Assembly (NCBI GenBank): GCA_963728405.1
Contig: CAVSJV010000004.1
Location: forward strand, 222,621-286,620
Length of the DNA stretch: 64,000 nucleotides
DNA from: Methanomassiliicoccaceae archaeon
GTDB lineage: Archaea; Thermoplasmatota; Thermoplasmata; Methanomassiliicoccales; Methanomassiliicoccaceae
Reading direction: 5' to 3'
Shown here one piece after another: positions 1-10,900 of the stretch. Below the pieces are notes generated by a model. The model was not told the DNA's origin, searched no databases, and saw only the letters and a list, made by a program, of their open reading frames with translations. Every line of letters starts with the position of its first letter. Position 1 is the stretch's first letter. The translations under genes were made by a program, and so were the position numbers.

Positions 1-87
1 ATTTCGAATTAAGATCGACGGTAAACTCCTCGAAATCCATTCTATCCCGTCCAATATCGCCAGGGCGATTAATGAACTGTTCCCCGC

Positions 88-1047
88 TCATGGTAGTATG
101 AGAGAGCCGGCCACCCGTAGCTTCCCACCTTCCAGGTACATCAGCACCGCCCTAGATCCGGGGGGATGGACCACCGGTTTGTCCAGGGACAGAGTGATGG
201 TCGGCTTCCTGAAGTCGCCAGAGTCATTCACGGATTCCACCCGTGCCCCCAGGAACTGCATCCAGTGGCCCAGATGGAGGACCATGCCCACCTTCAGTGG
301 CAGCTTCCAGAAGTTGACCAGCTCGGCCTGGGCGGTGACGGTGGTCTCGCTCTTGACTCTGGGGTCCTTGGTCAACACATACCCGCGGTCTAGCTGCTCG
401 ACGTCGATGTTCTTCAGCGCCAGCCCCACGCGATCCCCCATACTGGCGTCATTGAAGTCATCGTCGTGCTTCTGGATCGACCGGACCAACGCGCTCTTGT
501 TGGTGGGCAGGACCTTGAGGTCATCGTGGCGGTGGATCCTGCCATAGGCCACGTAACCTAGGATCACCACGCCCACACCCTTGACGTTGAAGAAGTGATC
601 GATCGGTACCGCTCCGACGCTCTCGTCCTCCGCGACTGGAATGTTGCGGGCTTCGTCCAGCAGCATCTCCCTCAGGGCGACCGGGTCTTCACCGATGTAT
701 TTGTAGGACTCCAGCACCGTCCCCTTGGTCAGAGGGGCAAGCTGCTCGGGCGTCAAGTAGTTGCGCAGCACGATGTATCCCTGCTTGATGTTGGCACACT
801 GCAGCATGACCATGCTCTCCCCCAGCTGGGCGTTGATAGCATCGACAATGATCAACGCACGGTCGGCCATGGAGACGGCATAGAAGAGGGGGGCCACGCG
901 GTCGGGGTACTTGGTCGGCTCAATGAAGGTGACGGTGTCCGTGCCCAGTTTTAGATCGTACAGGGTGATGTCCGAGACGGTGCCCTTCTTACCCAGGTCC
1001 TTGGCGTAATCGTTCGGGCCGATGACCGCGACGTTAAGGTTGGCCAT
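88..1047 (-). CDS. SelB-like / EF-Tu domain 2 translation-factor homologue with degenerate G domain
   Basis: IDHFFNVKGVGVVILG, VRSIQKHD and GDRVGLALK match EF-Tu/SelB domain II. The N-terminus lacks a canonical GxxxxGK[ST] P-loop. Confidence 0.8.
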   Translation of the reverse strand: MANLNVAVIGPNDYAKDLGKKGTVSDITLYDLKLGTDTVTFIEPTKYPDRVAPLFYAVSMADRALIIVDAINAQLGESMVMLQCANIKQGYIVLRNYLTPEQLAPLTKGTVLESYKYIGEDPVALREMLLDEARNIPVAEDESVGAVPIDHFFNVKGVGVVILGYVAYGRIHRHDDLKVLPTNKSALVRSIQKHDDDFNDASMGDRVGLALKNIDVEQLDRGYVLTKDPRVKSETTVTAQAELVNFWKLPLKVGMVLHLGHWMQFLGARVESVNDSGDFRKPTITLSLDKPVVHPPGSRAVLMYLEGGKLRVAGSLILP

Positions 1048-1120
1048 GAGCTAAGGTAAAAAAGGCGGGGATAATAGGTTTGTGGTCGGAAAAGAAAAAG
1101 GGCAAGACCTGCCCGGCCCA

Positions 1121-1894
1121 TCATGTCCCGGTAGCCAGGGTCCCGCCGAACACCAGCCAGGCCAGCGCGGTCTTCGCAAACAGGCTGAGCAGGATGTAGA
1201 CGTACTCGCCGAACAGGTAGTCCTTCCACCGCCCCACCTTCCTGTACTGCAATATCATATTGAAGGCGAAGCTGAAGAAGAATATCGCGATGATCACGTA
1301 TATCCAGTAGACAAAGTCGGGGACCCTGCCGCCCTGCCCGGAACCCCACAGGTAGATCGAGATGACCAGCCAGGGGATCATACCGGCGTAGGTACCGTAG
1401 ATGTAGGAGGTCCAGTCGGTCTTCTTCGTGGTCTGATTGTGCTTTTCCATCATTAGTCCGAACAGGTTCATGACCGAATTGATGGCAAAGAGCGGGATGA
1501 TGGCGGCGATATCTCTGACCCCGACCAGCACGGCGACGACCACGATCATGATGGAGGACGAGATGGCGTACTCGTACCACCGAGCATAGTTGTGGTTCTC
1601 CTTCAGCCCGGCCACGTACCAGCGGTACAGTGGTCCGGCCAGCAGGAAGTGGTCGAACGCCGATATGAACAGGAATAGGGCGACCATCGGTCCGAGGGGT
1701 AGGTTGAACAACAGCTGCTGCTGAGATACCAGGCTTTGGGTGGTCGGGTCGAACTTCAGAAAGTAGCTGTAGATAGGCTGGGAGGTGTTGTTCGCAAGGA
1801 CCAGGATGAGGACGGCCTGTATGAAGTGGATTAGAGCCATCACTCCATTGAACTTCCTCAACCTGCTGAATTTCCTCTCCTCGCTCATAACCAT
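1121..1894 (-). CDS. Heliorhodopsin
   Basis: About 7 TM helices with heliorhodopsin motifs: LRKFN...HFIQA (TM1 His), RWYEYAISSSIM (counterion Glu), NLFGLMME, and GEYVYILLSLFAKTALAW (retinal-binding Lys in SLxAK). Confidence 0.92.
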   Translation of the reverse strand: MVMSEERKFSRLRKFNGVMALIHFIQAVLILVLANNTSQPIYSYFLKFDPTTQSLVSQQQLLFNLPLGPMVALFLFISAFDHFLLAGPLYRWYVAGLKENHNYARWYEYAISSSIMIVVVAVLVGVRDIAAIIPLFAINSVMNLFGLMMEKHNQTTKKTDWTSYIYGTYAGMIPWLVISIYLWGSGQGGRVPDFVYWIYVIIAIFFFSFAFNMILQYRKVGRWKDYLFGEYVYILLSLFAKTALAWLVFGGTLATGT

Positions 1895-2027
1895 GTTGAT
1901 TACCGATATAGTTTTACACGATCCGATATATAATACATTACCCCAAATATTTATGCTGAATCGCGAATGTAATTGAAGGAATATTGAAATCCTGGCATGT
2001 GATACGAGGGCCTCCAGGGTGTTATGA

Positions 2028-3311
2028 TTGGGCCGCCTCAGCCGCTACGCCGGTAGTGTCCTCAACGAAACTCAAGTCGACGGTTTCTCCTTCCTCTATC
2101 GAGGCATCCCCCGGTCCTTCCTTCTCCTACTGGTCCTGTTCCTGGGCATATATGCAGTGTACTGGGCAGCCCTCCTCATTGGCGTGCCCGGCGACATCAG
2201 AGAGGTCCTGATCCATGCGCTTGGACTGCTCCTGGGAATCACCCTAGCCATAACCGTGATGAAGCTTTGGCCTCGATTGGAACCGGCCCTTCCAAAATGG
2301 TTCCGGACGGAGATGGAGGCCCCCGTCCTGCATCGATACCATAAGATCCTGGCCTGGGCGGCCATGATCGCCCTGATCGTGTTATCCACGGTGGGCGCTA
2401 CCGCGCTGATCTTCGGGGCCATCATGATCATGGGCCTGGTTGGAGGGGTGTACATCCTATTCCGCATGGAGAGATACATCCTCAAGGGTCTGATCAGGTT
2501 AAAGGAACGGTTCCAATGGCTGTGGGCAGGGAGCGGTTGGAGGGTCTTCTTCCTCTTCACCGCCGTATTCTTACTCCTTGTGGTGATCGTCACTATGGTC
2601 GCGGTGACGGTGGGCTCCAATGAGGATCCCATTACCCACGAGGTCAGGTTCCTGCCGACCCTACTTATCCTGATCCCCGCCATCGCCCTGACCATTCAGA
2701 TGGTCATACTGTGGACATTTGTCATCCTCCAGTTCTATCGGTCCTGGATGAGCTACCGCCAACGGAAGGGGAAGCTATATGGGCCTGGCCGCAAGGCATT
2801 GCTACGGACACACCCCACTTCTTTGGCCTGTTATGTGGCAGGGGTCAACTACGCGACAGGGAGTTTCTTCTTCATGTACGCGGTCCTGCTGGTGTTGCAA
2901 TCGATCAGCGAGGTCCGCTCTCGGGGCGCTAGCGTTCCAATCGACGTATCCGGCGTGCTGGTGCCCGGTAATGTTCTGGACTACATCGCCCTTGCTACCT
3001 TCGCCATCGCCTGGATCGCCCTATTATTGAACCTCTCGGGGACCGCGGCCAAGGATGGCCACAGGCTGCTCAATCGCCGGGTCTTCGCCTCGCTGAGCGT
3101 ATTCTTCCTCATGGTCCTGTTCATGCAGGCCATAGTCGCCAATGGGGACGAGTTCTTCATCAGCTTGGCCTTCCGAGCCATGTACATGGTCGGACTGGCC
3201 ATGGCACCTATCCTGATCTTCTGGCGGCGTTGGAAGGTCATGGCACAGGAGGGGACGAGGGCCAATAGCTTCGATACCCCTGTAACCCCCGCGGCCCCTC
3301 CCGCTGCCTAG
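2028..3311 (+). CDS. Multi-pass membrane protein, unknown function
   Basis: 427-aa ORF with about 10 hydrophobic segments and no recognised motif. The start is uncertain. Confidence 0.65.
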   Translation: MGRLSRYAGSVLNETQVDGFSFLYRGIPRSFLLLLVLFLGIYAVYWAALLIGVPGDIREVLIHALGLLLGITLAITVMKLWPRLEPALPKWFRTEMEAPVLHRYHKILAWAAMIALIVLSTVGATALIFGAIMIMGLVGGVYILFRMERYILKGLIRLKERFQWLWAGSGWRVFFLFTAVFLLLVVIVTMVAVTVGSNEDPITHEVRFLPTLLILIPAIALTIQMVILWTFVILQFYRSWMSYRQRKGKLYGPGRKALLRTHPTSLACYVAGVNYATGSFFFMYAVLLVLQSISEVRSRGASVPIDVSGVLVPGNVLDYIALATFAIAWIALLLNLSGTAAKDGHRLLNRRVFASLSVFFLMVLFMQAIVANGDEFFISLAFRAMYMVGLAMAPILIFWRRWKVMAQEGTRANSFDTPVTPAAPPAA

Positions 3312-3317
3312 GCATTC

Positions 3318-4760
3318 TCAAAGATTGTCGCATTCGGACCTGGGCCCCCGAGCCAGTGAGGTGATTGCCCCGATAAAGGCGATGAGCGCTGAGACCTGGA
3401 ACGCCAGACTCATCCCTTTTACGAACTCCCCCGCAATGAGCGGGGAAATAATGTCCGCGCTCCCCGAGAAAAGCTGGGATACCACCGCGGACGAAGCGGC
3501 CACGGCTATGAGCGCCCCCATGACCGCCAGGCTGAGCGATTGCCCCACCGTTCGCATGGTGGACAATGTGCCGGAGGCTACGCCCAGCTGCTCCTTGCGC
3601 ACACAGCCCATGACCGCACTGGTGTTGGGCGAGGAGAACAGCCCCATACCCACACCTACCACGATCAGATAGGTCAGCAGAGCAAGGGTCGAGGCGGTCT
3701 GGTCCAATGTGCTAAGAAGAAGTAGACCTACGCCCACCAGCACCATGCCCCCTGATGCCAACACCCGTGAGCCCAGTCGGTCGGAGGCCCATCCAGAGAT
3801 AGGTGATAGGACGCTCATCACCAGGGGCATGGAAAGCAGGACCAGACCGGTGAGATAGAGGGAGTAGCCGAGCACCCGTTGCATGTAGAACGACAGGACG
3901 AAGGCAATGCCGAAGTAGGCGGTGTAGTTCAACAGGGTAGAGATGTTGGCCATAGCGAACAGACGGTTCTTGGTGATCAGTTCGAGGTCCAGCATCGCCT
4001 CCCGGCCCTTTCGCGCTTCGATGAACAGGAAGATGATGAAGCTTAACACAGACAGGATCGCCAGCTCGATGATGGGCAGGGAGGTCCACCCGATATCCTC
4101 CCCTATGGTCAGGGCGATGAGCAGGGAGACCAGCCCGATGCCGAAGGTCACCGCTCCGGTGATATCGAACCGCTTGACCTTGATCTCTCGCGCCGGCTCG
4201 GTCAGCTTCCAGGCGGCCAGGACGATTACCACGATCCCGATGGGGATGTTCACCCAGAAGATCGATTGCCAGCCCAGCGACCCGGTCAGGAACCCACCGA
4301 GAGGCGGGCCCAGGCTGAGGCCGATATAGACGGACATGGCATTGATGCCAAGGGCCTTGCCCCTCTCCTGGGGCGGGAAGGCGGCAGTGACTATGGCCGG
4401 AGATGTGGCCATGATGAAGGCGGCCCCCATCCCCTGCAAGATGCGGAAAACGATCAGCTGGGCCCCGTCCTGGGCCGTGCTGCAGAGGAACGAACCCACG
4501 ACGAAGACGGCGAAGCCCAGGATGAACAGGGGCTTGCGGCCCCTGATATCGGACAATCGCCCGACCGTGAGCAGGAGGCTGGCCAAGGTCACCAGATAGG
4601 CAGTAGGGATCCATATCGAGGTCGCGTAGTCCATGTGCAGGCTCTGCGAGATGGTGGGTAGCGAGACGCTCACTATGGTGGAGTCCAGCGGCCCCATCAG
4701 GGCACCCACGCAGGTGATGGCCAGGACGATCCACCTGTCGGTCTTGCGGTCTAGTGGCAT
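3318..4760 (-). CDS. MFS drug:H+ antiporter (DHA2, 14-TM)
   Basis: GPLDSTIVSVSLPTI, GRLSDIRGRK (motif A), RILQGMG, ERGKALG and GPPLGG. Confidence 0.93.
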   Translation of the reverse strand: MPLDRKTDRWIVLAITCVGALMGPLDSTIVSVSLPTISQSLHMDYATSIWIPTAYLVTLASLLLTVGRLSDIRGRKPLFILGFAVFVVGSFLCSTAQDGAQLIVFRILQGMGAAFIMATSPAIVTAAFPPQERGKALGINAMSVYIGLSLGPPLGGFLTGSLGWQSIFWVNIPIGIVVIVLAAWKLTEPAREIKVKRFDITGAVTFGIGLVSLLIALTIGEDIGWTSLPIIELAILSVLSFIIFLFIEARKGREAMLDLELITKNRLFAMANISTLLNYTAYFGIAFVLSFYMQRVLGYSLYLTGLVLLSMPLVMSVLSPISGWASDRLGSRVLASGGMVLVGVGLLLLSTLDQTASTLALLTYLIVVGVGMGLFSSPNTSAVMGCVRKEQLGVASGTLSTMRTVGQSLSLAVMGALIAVAASSAVVSQLFSGSADIISPLIAGEFVKGMSLAFQVSALIAFIGAITSLARGPRSECDNL

Positions 4761-4937
4761 GGAGCACGGACCCGACCTGGGCAGAAGCTCAGGACAGTCA
4801 AGAAATCGGACTGGACATAGATAAGGCTGAGGGACGGGGCTTTCTCAATTTATCTTATTTTCGCCAATTGATAAGCGAAGCGAAAGCGATAATTATCGAC
4901 TGTCCATTACAAATGGCGTTGACAGGAGGACCACATT

Positions 4938-5408
4938 ATGCGTTCTGAAGATGGCGAACCCGAGGTCGAGACTCCCGCCCAGGAAGCGGCCAGCGGACTG
5001 AGGGGGATCGAGAGCAGATTGCATAATGACCGGGTCATGAGCCGTTGTCCTCGCTGTGGCGTGTTCGTCCAGGACGACTATCTGGTCTGCCCCTACTGCG
5101 CCCTGTCCCTCAAGAAGGAATGCCAGAGGTGCCACCGACAGATACCCCTCAACTGGAACGCCTGCTCGTTCTGCGGCCACGTTATTATCCCCATCGTCCC
5201 TCCGAACTCGGAGAGACTATCGATCGAGCTGCCCACCAAGCATGACGACCGGCCGGTGCAGGTGATGGTGAGCGGCAAGGTCATGCTCCGGGGGCGCTGC
5301 CCCAAGTGCACCCGTTTGATCATGGACGATGCCAGATACTGCGACAGCTGCGGCTTGAAGGTCGAGGACCGCTTACTCCGCCCGATAAGCAGCGAACCAG
5401 GTCAGTGA
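4938..5408 (+). CDS. Double zinc-ribbon protein
   Basis: Six CxxC pairs: CPRC, CPYC, CQRC, CSFC, CPKC, CDSC. Confidence 0.8.
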   Translation: MRSEDGEPEVETPAQEAASGLRGIESRLHNDRVMSRCPRCGVFVQDDYLVCPYCALSLKKECQRCHRQIPLNWNACSFCGHVIIPIVPPNSERLSIELPTKHDDRPVQVMVSGKVMLRGRCPKCTRLIMDDARYCDSCGLKVEDRLLRPISSEPGQ

Positions 5409-5582
5409 AGGGGTGTGCTCCTCGGGCCGCCGTCCGATCACATAGTGATCGAGCGGTCGGTACGACACCTCGCTCCGGACCACCCCTTCTCTGGCTGACC
5501 GGATAACGGCGGATCACTCTTGTTCTGTTGGGGACATGAGTTAAAAACCCCCCGGCATCCATATTGTATCGAAGGTTAACAC

Positions 5583-6248
5583 ATGGACGAGAGAATGGTT
5601 TGTAAGGAAGGTATTCCATTGCTCGGGGACCGCTTCCCTGACATGGAGGTCGTGACCACCCATGGTATGATGAAGCTGCCCCAGGACATGTCGGGCAAGT
5701 GGTTCGTGCTGTTCAGCCACCCCGGGGACTTTACCCCGGTATGTACGACCGAGTTCTACGCCTTCACAAAGAAGGCTGACAAGTTCAAGGAGCTGAACGC
5801 CGAGCTGGTAGGCCTGTCCATTGACCAGGTCCAATCGCATATCAAGTGGATCGAATGGATCAATGAGAATCTCAAGATCGAGGTGCCGTTCCCGATCATC
5901 GCCGACGGCATCGGAGCCGTGGCCAGCAAGCTGGGCATGATCCATCCTGGGAAGGGGACCAACACGGTGCGGTCTGTATTCATCGTCGATGACAAGGGCA
6001 TCGTCAGGCTCATGATCTACTACCCCCAGGAGGTCGGTCGGAGTGTGGACGAGGTGCTCAGATCACTGAAGGCCCTCCAGGTCTCAGACAAGTACAACGT
6101 GGCGCTGCCGGAGAACTGGCCCAACAATGAGCTGGTCAAGGACGAGGTCATCATCAAGCCGGCCGCGGACGAGAAGACCGCCAAGGAGCGCAAGGAACAA
6201 TACGCCGACAACTGCTACGACTGGTGGTTCTGCCATAAGAAATTATGA
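5583..6248 (+). CDS. Peroxiredoxin (archaeal Prx6-type)
   Basis: [15 protein letters not shown] peroxidatic motif, YYPQEVGR, and C-terminal CYDWWFC. Confidence 0.95.
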   Translation: MDERMVCKEGIPLLGDRFPDMEVVTTHGMMKLPQDMSGKWFVLFSHPGDFTPVCTTEFYAFTKKADKFKELNAELVGLSIDQVQSHIKWIEWINENLKIEVPFPIIADGIGAVASKLGMIHPGKGTNTVRSVFIVDDKGIVRLMIYYPQEVGRSVDEVLRSLKALQVSDKYNVALPENWPNNELVKDEVIIKPAADEKTAKERKEQYADNCYDWWFCHKKL

Positions 6249-6259
6249 GCGGGATCCCT

Positions 6260-8885
6260 TCATCCTTTCTTTTCCTCTTTTGGGGCGCTCGCTGAGAAAT
6301 CCAGAGTGTGCCGACGGTAGAACCACACCTTCAGAACGTCCACGAGTACTAGATAGGTGATCGCGGCCGCTGCCAAGAACAGATAGAAGCCCCCGGGCAG
6401 GTGTGCCAGCTGGAACGGGCCGGCCAGTGGAGAATAGGGGACGAGGAGGGCGAAGGTCACCACAGCCATACTGCTCAGCACCAGGAGTAGGCTGGGCCTG
6501 CTGAGAAAGAAAGGGGTCTTTTGGGTACGGATTGCGAAGACAACCAGGGTCTGAGTGACAATGGATTCCACGAACCAGGCCGTCTGGAACAGAGTGTCGG
6601 TGGCATTGAAAACGAAGATGAGAACGAAAAAGGTCAGGAAATCATACAAGGAACTGATAGGGCCGAAGAACAGCATGAAGTCCCGAACATACCGCACATC
6701 GAGCTTCTTGGGTCTTTTTGTGTACTCGTCGTCCACATGGTCGGTGGGGATGGTCGTTTCGGAAAGGTCGTAAAGAAGATTGTTGAGCAGGATCTGCAGG
6801 GGAAGCATCGGCAGGAAGGGTAGGAAAAGGGAGGCTCCCGCGGCCGAGAACATGTTGCCGAAGTTGGAACTTATGCCCATCTGGATATACTTCATGGTAT
6901 TGCCGAATGTCTTCCGGCCGTCGAGGACCCCGGCATTGAGCACCCGGAGGTCGTTCTTTAATAGGATAATGTCGGCGGACTCCTTGGCCACGTCCACTGC
7001 ATTGTCCACCGAGATGCCCACGTCCGCGGCGCGGATGGACGTCGCGTCGTTGACCCCGTCACCCAGATACCCTACCACGTGCCCGTTGTCCTTTAGGGCC
7101 AGGATGACATCGTTCTTCTGAGCGGGGTTCAGGCGGGCAAAGATGTTTGCATCCTCTACCGCTTTCTTCCGCTGCCCTTTGTTCATCCGAGCAAGGTCAC
7201 TGCCAAGGACGATACCGGTGATCTCGAACCCCAATTCGGAGCAGACCTTCTTGGTAACCAGCTCGCTGTCCCCGGTGATTATCTTGGTGGAGATGCCCGA
7301 CCGCATCAGCATTTGTAGAGCTTCCTTAGCGCTCTCTTTGGGGGGGTCCAGAAATGCCACGAAGCCGGTGAACACAAGCTCCTTCTCGTCCTCGATCCCA
7401 TAATCCCCGTGGTCCTCCACCTTCTTATACGCCACGCCGAGCAGGCGCAGGCCGTCTGCGCTCATCCGCTCGTACATCGTTCGAAGCTGAGCGACCAAAG
7501 CCGGGTCCAGGTCCCGGACGGTCCCGTTCTCATCATATTGGGAGGAGACCTGGAACATGCTCTCGGGGGCGCCCTTGGTGATCATCAGGGCCTCGCCCTC
7601 GTGCCGGACGATGACCGAGACCCTTCGGCGTTCGAAATCGAAGGGCAGTTCCTCTATGAACGCGTACCCCGAAACGTCCACGCCACCATGGGTCAGGATG
7701 GCATTGTCAAGCTGACTTTTCAGGCCGGTCTCGAAGATGCTGTTCAAATAGGACAACCGCAGGACCACATCGCAGTGCTGCCTTCCCCTCACTCCAACAT
7801 ATTGTACCAGGGCGACCTTGTTCTGAGTAAGCGTCCCGGTCTTGTCGGTGCATAGGACGTCCATACTGCCGTAATTCTGGATGGATTCCAGGCGCTTCAC
7901 GATCACCCCCTTGCGGCTCATGTCCAGAGCCCCTTCGGACAAGTTGATGGTCAGAATGAGAGGCAGCAGCTCCGGGGTCAGGCCCACGGCCAGGGCCACG
8001 GCGAACAAGAGGGACTCCAGGAGGCTGCGCTGGTACAGCGCATTGATCAGGAAGACCGTGGCCACCAGAACGAAGGTGACCCGCATGATCAGATAACCGA
8101 ACCGGCGAGACCCTTTCTCGAATTCGGTCTCGGGGCGTCGCTCGGTCAAGCGCTGAACGACCTGGGCATAACTGGTATGGATCCCTGTGGATACGACCGT
8201 GACCACCGCCGAACCATTGGCGACCGAGGTACCCATGAACAGAAAGTCCGACCACTCGGTGCTGTCGGCGACCTTGTCCGGAGAGATGGGTTGGGAGCTT
8301 TTCTCCACGGCCATCGATTCACCGGTCAATGTGGATTGGTTGACGAAAAGGCTCCTGCAAGTTATGGCCCGACAGTCAGCTGGAACCAGGTCCCCGGCGG
8401 TCAGGTGGACGATGTCCCCGGGAACGATGTTGGCCAGTGGCACATCTTTCTTTTCCCCTTCCCGGACCACCGTGACCATGGTGGAGACCCTACGAGAGAG
8501 CTCGAGCGAAGCCTTCTCCGCCCGGAACTCCTGGGCGTAGGTGAGGACGGTGCTGAAGGCCACGATGATGTAGATGACGATCGCGCTGACCGACTCACCG
8601 GTGAATAGGGTGACAGTCCCAGCTAAAAGCAGGATGATGATCAAGGGGTTGCGGAAATAGGACAGGAATTTGGAAAGCCCCATTCCTTTCTTCCGGCCCG
8701 CCACGGCATTGGACCCATAGGTTACCAGCCTCCGTGCAACCTCTTCTTCGCTCAGTCCCCTTTCGATGTTCGTCCCCAGCTTGTCAAGGACCGTCCTGAG
8801 GAGGGAGCGTTAGGACATCGGCATTAGTGATCAGAGCTTCGCTATCGGACATGCTGTCGGCAGAGATGGAGTGCTTCTCGGCCAT
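6260..8885 (-). CDS. mgtA: Magnesium-translocating P-type ATPase (one +1 frameshift near 8790, probably a sequencing error)
   Basis: LTGES, PELLP, CTDKTGTLT, KGAPE, GDGVND and SSNFGNMFS. The N-terminus (ATG 8885, ...GLSEEEVARRLVTYGSN) joins the 6260-8704 ORF if one base is removed. Confidence 0.88.
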
Positions 8886-8991
8886 GATCATCCTACGTTG
8901 GGCTCAAGGACTATTTTATCCACAGGGGAGCGCTGGATGTGGTCCAAAAGAAGAAATACCGGTAGTTCGGAGAGAGGGACTGGCGAATGCT

Positions 8992-9672
8992 ATGGCGCAA
9001 AAAGGGTTTTATTCATTGCCAAAACTGCCCTATGACTACGGTGACCTGGCCCCGTTCCTTTCCGAACAGCTGCTGAAGGTCCACCATGATGGCCACCATA
9101 AGAAGTATGTCGATCAGGCCAATGGGCTGCTCGAGAAGTTCGACAAGGCCCGGGCCGATGGCGCCACGCTCAACATGAAGTGCGAGGCCCAGGCATTGGC
9201 CTTCAACGTAGGCGGGCTTCACCTCCATTCCCTTTACTGGGAGAATATGAGGCCGACCTCCAATGGCGGAGGCGGGAAGCCTGGAGGGTTGATCGCTGAT
9301 GCCTTGGACAAGGAGTTCGGTAGCTACGACCGTTTCAAGAAGGAGTTCACCGAGGCGGCCAACAGCGTCGAGTCATCGGGTTGGGCGGCCCTTTCCTTTT
9401 GCACCCAGACCCAACGGCCCCTCATCATCCAGGTGAAGGACCATGACCTGTACACCCTCCCCGATTACAAGCTGCTCCTGGCCATGGACGTTTGGGAGCA
9501 CGCCTACTACCTAGACTACAAGAACGAGAAGCCCAAGTACACCGCGGGCTTCTGGAATGTCGTCAACTGGGATGCGGCTGACCACCGGTTGGAGCACATT
9601 CTAGGCGGAAAGAAGGACGAGTCGCAAAAGGTGGTCTCCGCCGCTTCGGCAGCAACGATTCCCACCCGATGA
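8992..9672 (+). CDS. sod: Fe/Mn superoxide dismutase
   Basis: LPKLPYDYGDLAP, HHDGHH, HSLYW and DVWEHAYYLDY. The likely start is MAQKG at 8992. Confidence 0.95.
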   Translation: MAQKGFYSLPKLPYDYGDLAPFLSEQLLKVHHDGHHKKYVDQANGLLEKFDKARADGATLNMKCEAQALAFNVGGLHLHSLYWENMRPTSNGGGGKPGGLIADALDKEFGSYDRFKKEFTEAANSVESSGWAALSFCTQTQRPLIIQVKDHDLYTLPDYKLLLAMDVWEHAYYLDYKNEKPKYTAGFWNVVNWDAADHRLEHILGGKKDESQKVVSAASAATIPTR

Positions 9673-9760
9673 ACCGGAGAACGAAAGGTTCCCTCGAAAA
9701 CGAAATATAGTGACATGTCCCATGCCGGTTCAATAGTTCGAAGGGAGAGAGGTAGATGCT

Positions 9761-10393
9761 ATGAAAAGATGGTATGACGAACTCAAGAAGGGAGATCATG
9801 CCGCTCACATCTACCGTTCGGACGGAGAGCAGGCCAAGATCATCATCGACCTCCTGGCCTGGATGGAAGAGGGCGAGAAGCTCGTGATCATGAGCGACCA
9901 CGAGGAGGGAGCGCGACTCCTGTCACGGTCCCGGCTTTTGGAGGCTGCACTGGAGGATGGACATTTGGACATCATTTCTGCCCGAAGTCCGCTGTCCAGG
10001 TCGGGAAGGTTCCGTGCAGAAGCCTTGATGGACATCATCAACCTGGAACTGAGCAATGCCTTGAACCAGGGACGCTCCGGTCTGATCTTCGTTTGGGACC
10101 TGAAATGGTTATCTCAGGAACCGGAGGATTTCGAGGCCCACATCATGCAGCAGTCCAAGCTTGCCCTCTCATCGCTCCCCCGCGACCTCACCCTTATAGG
10201 TCAGTACGGGGTGACCAGCTTCTCCGCCCAACAGGTCGAACGCGTACTGCGAGTCAACCAGCTGGTGCTGGAGGATGGGCGGCTAAACCGCAACTTCTGG
10301 GTGGTCTCCACCACTAGCATGGGCGGTCCGCCTCGCGACGACCGCCCCCCATCCCGCTTACCGGCGGAGAGGTCCAAAGCAAAGAGCTCATAG
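9761..10393 (+). CDS. Stand-alone MEDS-domain sensory protein
   Basis: GDHAAHIYRSDGEQ start, GLIFVWDLKW and LIGQY resemble the MEDS pattern. Confidence 0.65.
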   Translation: MKRWYDELKKGDHAAHIYRSDGEQAKIIIDLLAWMEEGEKLVIMSDHEEGARLLSRSRLLEAALEDGHLDIISARSPLSRSGRFRAEALMDIINLELSNALNQGRSGLIFVWDLKWLSQEPEDFEAHIMQQSKLALSSLPRDLTLIGQYGVTSFSAQQVERVLRVNQLVLEDGRLNRNFWVVSTTSMGGPPRDDRPPSRLPAERSKAKSS

Positions 10394-10827
10394 CCCTGGA
10401 TAGCGGACCACTGGCTCCAGGACCATGGTGACTTCGATGTTGAGGAAGCCCAGGGGCCTGATCTTCTTGTCGATCATCTCGATCAGCTCGGTGTTGTTGG
10501 AGGCCCGCACGCGGAACATGATCCGCCGCTCACCGGTCACGCGCAGGATTTCCGACAGTTCTCCATGGAGAACAGGGAGGCGATGGCGGTCTGGGACTTG
10601 TCGGGCGGGATATCGGCCGAGATATAGGCGTCCGAGTTGACCCCCACCCGCTCCTGGTTCACGATGGCCGAGTACCCCATGATGGTCTTGTTCTCTTCGA
10701 GCTTCTTGATCCGGTCACGGATGGTGGAGGGGGACCTATCGACCATGGCCCCGATCTCCTCATAGGTGAGCTTGCCGTTCCGCTGCAGCAATCGGAGTAT
10801 TTTCTGATCTAGGTCGTCTTGCAGCAT
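10388..10827 (-). CDS. Lrp/AsnC family transcriptional regulator (frameshift near 10555)
   Basis: LDQKILRLLQRNGKLTYEEIG...STIRDRIKKLEE HTH. The C-terminal part (EILRVTGERRIMFRVRA...) continues in another frame to TGA at 10388. Confidence 0.88.
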
Positions 10828-10900
10828 CCAATTAACGTACGCTCCCGGCCGGTAAAATAGCTTTCTGATTCGCCGTGGGAGCGGTCGTAAGGATATATCC

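Noticed and set aside
8827-8991. N-terminal extension of SOD
   Set aside because: It overlaps the true start of the divergent mgtA gene. SOD homology begins at Met 8992.
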